Below are positions 50,603-60,286 of a stretch of 64,000 nucleotides of DNA, one piece after another (the stretch's first letter is position 1; each line of letters starts with the position of its first letter). A model generated the notes under the pieces. The model saw nothing but the letters and a program-made list of their open reading frames with translations. It made no database searches and was not told the origin of the DNA. This stretch comes from Lytechinus pictus (lineage: Eukaryota), in NCBI RefSeq assembly GCF_037042905.1, contig NC_087256.1, forward strand, positions 9,982,001-10,046,000, written 5' to 3'. Made by a program: the position numbers and the translations under genes.

Positions 50603-52380
50603 CTTCTTCTTGTCAGGTCACTACACAAGACCTGTCCAGTGGAGGGTACAGGATCTGGCTTTGGGGTTAAAGGACTCCAGATCTTCGGCAGTGCACGGCT
50701 CTGGTAGGAGGGGGCAGACCAGAAGGTGTTGCATCGTCTGATCCTCCCCACACTCGCAAGCAGTGTCCCCATCTATGTTGTAGCCCCATTTCTGCATAAG
50801 GACTTTGCACCGTCCTGTCCCAGACCGTAGGCGATTACGACATAGCCAGGTTGGCCATTGAACCCGGGGGAGTGACTCGCTAGGTCCATAGGAAAGCTTG
50901 TGCGTCACAGACTGGAGGTGGTGGGACCATAAGTTGACCCTTTGATTGTGAGCAGAGCCATCGAGGGGTTCAGTCGAGTGAAGGAAACTACGTCTTGATT
51001 TGAGTATCTTTTTGGCGGGTTCATGGTTGTAGAGTGGATGAAGAGGATTATCTTCTTGTTTAGTTTTTTTCAACCTGTGCTGCAACCTCTCTTCTGATGT
51101 TATGTTGTTATACCGAGGTTGTTATGTTATACCGAGGTTGTTTTACCTGACTGCTAAGAAAGCACGAATGCCTGTGAGCAAGCAACCAGGGGACCAACGG
51201 CTTAAGGTCCTCTCCGAGGGACCTGGTAATGAGGATAAATGCCTTACCAAAGGGCACTAGCGCACCACTTGGGAATCGAACCCGGGTCACCGGAATCCGA
51301 AACCCCCGCTCTACCGACTGAGCTATGCCACACAGTAGGTAAAGATCATCTACTCTTGTTGGTCGCAGGCAGCCAGTAATTGCTCTGCAGGTAGCATTCA
51401 GGGCTGGATCAAATTTTGCAGCATGGGATGACCTACACCAGACAGGAGCTGCATACTCTTCAGTTGAGTAGCATAGAGCAAGAGCTGTTGTACGGATGGT
51501 TTTGGCATCTGTTCCCCATTTCGTATTGCCAAGCTTTTTCAGGATGCTGTTCCTTGCTCCAACTTTAGCCTTTGTCTTGGCAACATATTCTTTGTATGTT
51601 AGGGAACGGTCAAGGGTGAGACCGAGGTAGATAGGCTTGCTGGTGTGTGCCAACCATTTTTCATACCATCTGACCCTCAGTCTCCGGTCTGCATCTCTGT
51701 TCTTAAGGTGGAAAGCACTGAGTTGGGTTTTCTCTGGATTTGCCCGGAGATGATTTGCTGCATAGTAAGGGGTCAGGCCTGCCAGTGCATCACTGAGTGC
51801 TTTTTCCACCTCTTCAAAGGACTGCTTCTGCAATGTAATGCAAAGGTCATCAGCGTACAGGTAGCTCTTAATAATTGGGTGGATTTTTTGGTCGTTCGTG
51901 TAAATGTTGAAGAGGAGTGGGGCGAGGACGCTTCCTTGTGGGAGACCATTTTTCTGCCTCCACCATCTGCTGCTGGACCACCAAGATTCACAAAAAACGT
52001 CAGTGTGAGAGCATGTTCTGGATCAGCTGTGTCAGCTTAAAGACTTTCCTCGTGAGTATCAGATGATTTACCGTGTCATAAGCTGCAGAGAGGTCAACAA
52101 AGGCTGCTCCAGTTATCAGCCCTTTCTAAAAACCATCTTCGATGTACTGTGTCAGATTCAGCAGTTGACTAGTACAGGACTTTCCTGGCCTAAATCCTGC
52201 TTGTTCTGGAATAAGAAGCTCATCCACAAAGGGAGCAATGCGATTGAGAAGGAGCCTGTCAAAGAGCTTGTATGTGTGACAGAGCAGCGATATGGGTCTG
52301 TAGCTTTTTTGGCTGGCTGTGTCTTTGCCTGGTTTAAGTAAAGCGACTACCCTTGATTTTCTCCATATTTTTGGCATACA
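50603..52380 (-). mobile_element. 5'-truncated, frameshifted non-LTR retrotransposon (Ingi/Vingi-like RT)
   Basis: YRPISLL, QAGFRPGKS, GLPQGSVLAPLLFNIY, YADD, YLGLTLD, WGTDAKTIRTTALALCYS, C-terminal CECG...HLLVC, (AAG)n tail; ORFs 52126..52377, 51108..51833, 50621..51085. Confidence 0.9.
51098..51325 (-). mobile_element. tRNA-derived SINE inserted in the Vingi-like LINE
   Basis: TAGCTCAGTCGGTAGAGC A box, GGTTCGATTCCC B box, tandem AACAACCTCGGTAT tail; splits LLCGIA|..IRRE. Confidence 0.85.
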
Positions 52381-52549
52381 TTAGCGCTAATCTTTGTGTA
52401 AAATTACAGAATCTATTTAAATTGACCATAATAAAAAAAATCAATATGTATCAGTTTGGAGACATGTCCTACTCCCATGCATGATTACATGGATTCTATC
52501 TAAACATCATACGAAAATCGATGTGGTTACCACTGGATAATTTATCTAG

Positions 52550-53850
52550 GCCACAGCAATGTAAAGTCAGCATGGTTTCAGAAAATAACATTCCTGCGAA
52601 ACACAGCTCATACAAACCATGCATGACCTCTCTATTTCTTTTGACAAACGGACTCAGACTGACATAATAATAACCGCCTTTTCTAAGGCCTTCGACACTG
52701 TGCCCCATCAACGACTTCTCCTCAAACTCAAGCAATATGGTATCAATGGGAAGATTAATCAGTGGATCTCATCTTTTTTACAGAATAGATACCAGAGAGT
52801 AGTATTAGGGGGGGGGATATTCACAGTGGGTTAGGGTACAGTCAGGCGTCCCGCAGGGCACAGTGCTCGGATCATTATTGTTTATCATCTACGTGAACGA
52901 CCTACCAGACGGCTTGACCTCAACTGTACGACTATACGCGGACGATTGTATCATATACTCTAACATCAAATCCCAAAACGACGCTACTAGACTTCAGAAT
53001 GACCTGGACAAACTTTCTGCATGGGAAAATAAGTGGCAAATGAAAGTTAACCCAGAGAAATGTTTTGTTCTTAGGATAACTTCTTCTAGATCACCTTTCA
53101 CAACCAAATACAACTTGGGTGGCGTAGATCTACAGGAGACCACTCACCATTCATACCTTGGTGTCAATATCTCTCAAAATCTTAAATGGGACAAGCATAT
53201 TTCCAAAACCACAACTTCTGCAAATAAAGTCAACGGCTTTATTAACAGTAACTTGACATCATGCACAAAACAAACAAAAGCTACAGCTTACACAACTTTA
53301 GTCCGACCAATCTTAGAGTATAGTTCTAGTGTTTGGGACCCATATACAAAAGAACATATTCATGAAATTGGTAAGGTGCAAAGAAGGGCAGCCAGAATGG
53401 TATGTAATGACTATAGACAAACCACCAGTGCTACAAAACTAATGCAGGGGTTGGGATGGGATCTCCTTTCGAAAAGAAGGAAAGTTTCGAGGGTTGGTAT
53501 ACTGCACAAGGCCTGGGGGGGGGGGGCACTTGGCCCTGCCGGTGTCGGACTATCTACGTCCGGCAACTCGAGCTACCAGACGCACATCCGGAAAATCTTT
53601 CATCCACTGCTCTACTCGCACCAATTGCTTTAAAAACTCATATATTCCACGTACCATCAAGGACTGGAATTCTCTACCCCCCGACATCCAGTCAATCTCA
53701 GTCTCCGATAACTTCAGAACACATGCAACCATATACTTTCGCAACAAACACTTAAGCAAAAAGGACTAATAATAAACTAAGTGCGCACTCCCAATTCCTC
53801 CTCGGGTGGTTCCTGATAGGGACGTTGAGGAGTATACACAAGAAGAAGAA
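52550..53850 (+). mobile_element. 5'-truncated CR1/L2-group LINE (RT), frameshifted
   Basis: FSKAFDTVPH, SGVPQGTVLG, YADD, YLGV, VRPILEY, IPRTIKDWNSLP; frameshifts in G runs; (AAG)n tail. Confidence 0.9.
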
Positions 53851-55072
53851 AAGTACCTATCCTCTATAAAACCGTATTTCCATTTGTAATATTCCGGTGC
53901 CCACTAACCTGGCGGTGTGTTTGGTATGATTTCAAACCTCTAGACTGAGAGTAAACTTCATAAACCACTACACCCATCCAAACAAATATTACTGATAGAT
54001 GGCTTGTGACATATCATTACAAACCATCATATTTGAATGATCTTATGAATCTCAAGTAACTTCGAACAAGTTACCCATCTTTTAAGGTGAACTCTATAGA
54101 TTGTAGGTTTTATAGATATGTAAGTGGTTAAGTCTGCACATCATGTCACGTCATACATGCTTAAGTGCGGTATCTTAGATTAGCTAAAACATTTGACGGC
54201 AGCTAAAATCAGGCTGGCATTGTCTCATTCACATTCGTTGTATTTTACAATATGTCTAAAGCATTCACTTGATGAATTACATGCAAATGGGGCAAAGTGA
54301 CCAAATGTGTTTTTGTCGAAGCGAAATAAGGCCATGAGCTACAGTTATAAGCCCTAATGTACGGTGAAAGTGTGACATTATTACGGTTAAAAGACTTGCC
54401 GGTAGAGTTTTGTTTGTCGGCAAATTTGCATCATTTTTCATTGAGTAAATGGACGTGATGGGTGATGTGAATGGAAGGCAAAAGAAATCAGTCAATATAT
54501 TCTTATTCTTTAATTGAGAAGATGGCAAAATGGGATACGTAATAAATCTGATAACTTGGACTTTGGCTACGGACAGTTTTCTGAATGCGGTAAAGTTTAA
54601 AGATTCAGGCATTCCCACTTTTGTCACGAGATCACAAAATTACTCCGAATGTAACACAAGCTTTTCCGCAAAATTATACAGATAAATTTTATGACTTGAC
54701 TTTTTTGGTATCTAAATTGTGATGTTTCCAATTCGTAAATATCATTAGAGATTCTGGATTTTCTGGGCTAATAGACCAATGAATTCATGATTCACTTTTA
54801 AAATCTCATCCGGCACATTCATGTTTTGCCTGTGGCATTATGGATCCCCAGTAGGCAACTCAAGCTACATAAGCTTGAAATTAAATGAGACAACTGGGCT
54901 ATGACTTGACATGTTGAATTCTTAATCATAATTATGGATATTTAATAATGCATGAGGGATTTAAGGCCTGTTTCGTATGGTAGATGAAGATAAACTTGTT
55001 ATTGAAGGTAAGATTTGCAAGACTATCGGACCTACTATGAGATCAATATCTTTTCAAAGGGTAACTCTTTTT

Positions 55073-55864
55073 TTTACGGCAAACGTCACGTGTGTAGTCC
55101 TGAAAAGGACTGTTTGTTGTTTTTTCTTAATTGTATTTTAGCTCTGAAAAGAACCGTTAACGACGTTTCGACCAGCGCGTCCTGGGTCCCGTAACACAAA
55201 GGTTAGCGATTGATCGTACGCTTGATTTTCACTATTTTTTTTCACGATTTTCACGATTGTGCATTGTAGTCAATGCAATCAATCGTAGAAAATAGTTCTA
55301 CGATTATTGCTAAGCTTTGTGTTACGGGCCCCAGGGGACCGTTTCATAAAGCTGTTCTTAAGTTACGAATGTCTTTACGCACGACTGGTGACCCTTTCTT
55401 GTGCTATATGATATATCGCTATATAGCTGACTTATGTACACTCTTAAAAATGTTGGGCAACATACGGTCCACACAACAATTGGTTAAAACTTTATCCAAT
55501 TCTGGGTAGTTTTACACCAATACTGTGTAGTTTTCACCCAAAGCACACATTATTGGTGTAAAACTACCCAGAATTGGATAAAGTTTTAACCAATTGTTGT
55601 GTGGACCGTATGTTGCCCAACATTTTTAAGAGTGTATAAGAACATGTTCCAGTCGTTCTTAAAGTTGTGTGCAACTTTACGAACAGCTTTATGAAACACC
55701 ACCCAGGTCGTCATCAGGAATGATGATCCACTTGAAAACTCGGGTATACGACCAGAACACGCTGGTCGAAACGTCGTTAACAGTTCTTTGCAGAGCTTAC
55801 ATACAATCAAAAAGAATAACAAAGAGACCTTTTCAGGACTACATACATTGCGTTTACCGTAAAA
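55073..55864. mobile_element. Inverted pair of Penelope-like pLTR fragments with three nested MITEs (55185-55331, 55335-55703, 55439-55634)
   Basis: CGCTGGTCGAAACGTCGTTAAC..GTTCTTT..CCTTTTCAGGACTAC on both strands; MITEs show clear TIRs with CWG or TA flanks. Confidence 0.7.
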
Positions 55865-56203
55865 ACTTCCATTATTCTCTCCTCCATGGAAACCTTCAAA
55901 GATCATCTTAAGTAACGATGAAGCTGTTCAATTTGATTGCATTGTTATCAGCCATCTCCCACCAATTCAACATTGACAATGGTGCACAACTTATGTCATA
56001 CAATCCTGTAGATTCCGGTTCATTTTCCTGTTTAATCTTTGCCTGTGAAAGTTTAACTTGGGCTACCTATTTATCTCTGGGCAAATAGAGTTTACTTATT
56101 AAGCCTCATACTTCAAGAATGTCGGGATGGAAATAAAAAAATATTTAATCTAATATTATAAGGGAGATCATGTATTAGTCACAAAATATCCCTAATCACC
56201 CAC

Positions 56204-56644
56204 CTTATCAAACGATCCCGACGATTCGAATTTCGATAGTCTGTCATCATCAACTTTGGTCGCTGATACTTCGCTACCCGATCTCTTGCCGAAGAAAAAT
56301 CCATTCCGTTTTCCAAAGAAAAATCCGTTTCTCTTGTCCTCATCAATGGGTGTTTCCGCCTCGTAGTTTCCTAGAGGTGAGTTTGGTGAAGCGCCCTCTA
56401 ATATGAAGAGTTGATCAGCCGAGACGTCCGCAGGAAGCTGCGGCAGTGGTTCTTGTAGGCCGTAAGCGGTGATGTCTGTCCTGTCTCTGCTTCGTGATGA
56501 TGGGTTGTGTTTTCTAAGCACGTTTCTAAGATTACTAAGAAGCTCGTCTTTCCACTCTTCGTTGCTAATCTTCTCCTCTGACGGCCCCATCTGATTCTCC
56601 CGCCATTTTTGGATAAGCGGTGACGGTACTATATTCCTGAATTG
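56204..56644 (-). CDS. NGFFFamide: NGFFFamide precursor, second coding exon: acidic propeptide + KR-NGFFFG-KR-NGFFFG-KR + spacer
   Basis: Within ORF 56192..56701; acceptor ttctctcctcag|CAA at 56645; donor AAG|gtgggt at 56203; 441 nt = 147 codons, phase 0-0; peptides and cleavage sites at 56282-56335. Confidence 0.97.
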
Positions 56645-57001
56645 CTGAGGAGAGAACAAAGAAAGAACTGGTTCACCATCTTTCAGCCCAATATTTAGCA
56701 TTTCAGAAGTATTTTAACAAAAAGGACAGCAAATCAAGGATGAGCAAAATACTTTATATTTTGGTCATTAGGTTTATTCATAAGTCTTACGGATTCACCG
56801 ATTACCTGTCCTCGACACCGATGTTTACTCGTCGTATTCATAATTATATTATAAATCAATTAAATTCATGTGTATAAAAGTCCCCTTAGCCAATACGGAA
56901 AATTGCATATAATGGAAAGATCCGATCATGCATCATAATTAACTATTTGTGTCTAAGCTTTCTTTTGAAAGTAGATTTAAAAAAAGTGATATTCATGTTA
57001 C

Positions 57002-57109
57002 CTTTTGTTGCATAAAGTTGTTATCCCTGTCCCCATAGACTGTGACGAATGATGCTAAAACTATAGAAATTGACAATAAAGTCCTCAGTATTCGTCTCTC
57101 GTAACCCAT
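57002..57109 (-). CDS. NGFFFamide: NGFFFamide (NG peptide) precursor, first coding exon: signal peptide MGYERRILRTLLSISIVLASFVTVYG + DRDNNFMQQK
   Basis: ATG at 57109; 108 nt = 36 codons with a hydrophobic core; donor AAG|gtaaca at 57001; acceptor ...tttgtcctcag| at 57151 makes the whole exon 57002-57150, implying an upstream non-coding exon. Too short for the ORF track. Confidence 0.93.
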
Positions 57110-57760
57110 CTTACGGTTCGGTACCTTCTCCTCACGAATCGACCCGCGATCTGAGGACAAATAGGAAATGAGAATGCTGCTAAGTTATAATGAAAACTGA
57201 GCAGAATTAGGAAACAGCAATTTATGTTTGGTTAAGAATGAAAGCCAGATTGGTAAAAATCAATCTTAAAGAATTAGCATTTTGGATGAATATATATATA
57301 CGCCACAACATTCTTGATATAGCGTTGGCCATGTTTGTAAGAATGCTGTTTTGAATTCATCTTTTTCGTCCAAAAATGAACATAACTGGACAATGGCGTT
57401 GAACACATGAATATTTGTCTTAAGTAAAAGCCACAATTGTAAAATTAAATTGGCATTTTGATAATCGGATCGAACTAAATTTATTTCAGGTTAAGGTAGA
57501 TTTACATGCTGAACATAACTTCGTTCAACTGCTTTTGCTGTCCCTAGCCATGTCCCTATAGCATACTTAAGCGTACATTCTGGTTTTTGTGTGGGCGCGC
57601 GTATTTGTGGTTGTGTTTTACTCTTTATATAATTTTTCTAGTTTATGGACATTGTATAAGCGTCAGTTGAATAGAATTCAACAAAAATATGGCTTATCCT
57701 TTATTTGATCGATTCTCATTTCACTATTTCATATTCAAATGGTGGTATTTGAGTTTTGTC

Positions 57761-57910
57761 AGACGTGTATCAATCAGATATGATTATTTACGTCTGTGAC
57801 CGACCTTTAACGTCACCATCCCAAAGACGTAACGAAAGGCTCGAACCTATGCATCAATGTGTAACTTCCCCACATAGCTTGGATTACAGGCGCATGCCAC
57901 AACGCCCACT
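57761..57910. repeat. Dispersed repeat (SINE-like), second copy at ~61065-61212
   Basis: agacgtgtatcaatcagatatgattatt...ggctcgaacc...cttccccacatagcttggattaca...gccacaacgccca present twice. Confidence 0.8.
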
Positions 57911-58453
57911 TTCATATTCAAAGGTGGAACTAGGACATTTATATTGGGGGCGGGTGCAAGACGATCTAAAGAAGACGAAACTATTTCCTTACATTTATAT
58001 AACAAGATACTATGGCGTTAAAAATCAATAAAAACCTTTTATCTATGCTCTCCTTTCTTTCCCCCTTTCCCCATTTTCTTTTATTTTGCCTCCTTTTTAT
58101 ACTTTTTTTTCACTCATTGACAAATCATTGTGCAATACTCTCTCAATAAAACTTCCATGAGGGCTCGCATGCCTCTGGGCAATAGTACTGAATTTTACTT
58201 TTGCGAGCCCTGGCCCATGGAAAAAAAACATTTTCTTATTATTTTCTTCTTTTCTTTCGTTTCTACTTATCCATATTCAATTATCCAATTTCAAATGGTA
58301 TTTTCGTAATTACATTATACAATTTTTTTATGTTTTTTATGGCCAAATAAATAATAATAATAATAAAATAATAAAAGGCCGCCCCCGTGGTATCGCCCTT
58401 GTTCACACCAACGTCTTAATTTCCACGGCTTAACCAATCGTTCATAATATCCT

Positions 58454-58456
<3 letters not shown>

Positions 58457-58492
<36 letters not shown>
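58457..58492. repeat. (TA)n microsatellite
   Basis: Direct. Confidence 0.95.
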
Positions 58493-58497
<5 letters not shown>

Positions 58498-60033
58498 AGG
58501 ATAGACATTTCTTGATAAAATAATACTTTCACGTGCAGGAGAATGTGCCTTCATTTCTGCTTGCTTTTATTATGAAGCATTCAAAGGTTTTTCCTCTCGA
58601 CGAGTTGATAGCAGAGAAAACAAGACGAATTTTCTACATTTAAAAAACACCATGCAGTTCACGTTGTATATAACATCGAGAATATTTTAAATGTCGACAT
58701 AAATCGAACAATAAATTCAAACAGATTCTATTTATGCATCATCACAACGCTTCAGCTATTCTTGTTTAAGGAATAACTTCATACCCGGGATGACTTGTGT
58801 TTTTATGTGACGTCAGCCACTCCCACACGGCAACTAGAACAAATGATTTGTTTGTACCTACTTTCCACTGTCACGAATTGCGCCACGATTCAAATGGCGC
58901 ACTTGATCGTGGAGTAATCGTAGTGATCTTATCGGATCATATCAGATCAGTCGTGGTAATCGTGTACATCGTAGAAAGGTTTTGAATGGCTCAACAATTT
59001 TAGCGATCAGTTACGAAAGGCCAATCGTGGCGGTCGTAAAGGATCGCACGACAGTGATGGGAACGAGGTTACGAAGCCATGCGATCTGCTGCGATTTGAT
59101 ATTGAAAATTTATCATACTAACCAATCGATCTTTACATAGATCCGTTATTTTTGTTCGATCAAGATTCTGAATAGCCATAGTAAAATCGGAATTACCGCT
59201 TCGTACTCATCGCTTTTCCCTGCTTTGCACTGATATCGAGATTGAGATTAAGATTTATTGTGACGTCGCAACAATCATACTATTGCGTGCGATTTGTAGC
59301 CGATAACCGGTGAGAAGGACAAACCTCACCTAAATTTCAAGTGTATTCATATCATTGTTAAATCAAGCAGATTTGATTTGCCAAAATAGTTCAAACGGTT
59401 AGCAAAGTCGGATCGCAACGAATTGCATTGAAGGTTTAATGATATCCAAAGACTTATGGATTCGATGACCGTGAATTAGGTACAGTGATACGGTGAATTA
59501 AAGCAAGTGAAGCACACGAGAACCAGACGTTGCTCTGTTCACGAACAGAATGAAGTGAAAAGAAAAAGGACAAAGACATAAGATAACAACCCTACGTCAA
59601 GAACTTTTTCTTAGATCATGAAGGCCCTTCACAAGCTCAACAGAACATTCTTAATGAAATGTTATAACCGGATATCCTGGGCGAAGTGTGGGAATTCGTT
59701 GGTTTAGAATTACAGCCTTCTATCTCGTCACTGAAGACGTTGTAAAAAGTATGTATAGTGGAAATCAATGTAATGCAATTAGAGACTCACATGACAGTAT
59801 TGAATGTTCGTCAACATCAAACATGTAAGATGATTTCATTTTAAGAATACAAGGCAACACTTTTACCAAAAGTGATATTGCCCGAGAGGCCGCGATTACA
59901 CCGTGGTCACAGCATGGACGTCGCGGAACCATCTTCGACGGGTACTCGCAGCAAAGTACAACGAATATTATCGGCTCATGACGACCAAAAATGATGTTCC
60001 TATAAAAGAATGAAGCAGTTATCACATAATTAT

Positions 60034-60286
60034 ACACTGTAAAAAAGTTGGGTAAAATTTTAACCAGCACGAGGGTAGTTATGTGTCCAACCAATTTTGG
60101 GCAGTATTTTACTCAATGCGGGAAGCATAATTGTCCAGTAAGGTTAAAAAATAAGCAGCAATTACTTTAGAATGGGCAAAATTTGTATCACAATGGATAA
60201 GTAAATTGCCCAAAAGAAAAAGTCCAATATTGGTTGGACACATAATTACCCTCATGGAGCATTTTTACCCAATATTTTTTTAGAGT
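60034..60286. mobile_element. TA-flanked palindromic MITE (related copies at ~25150-25320 and 55439-55634)
   Basis: TA|CACTGTAAAAAAGTTGGGTAAAA ... TTTTACCCAATATTTTTTTAGAGTG|TA. Confidence 0.75.

Noticed and set aside
21889-51325. tRNA-like sequences at 21.9, 31.5, 47.8 and 51.3 kb as tRNA genes
   Set aside because: No complete cloverleaf; each is followed by a SINE body and tail.
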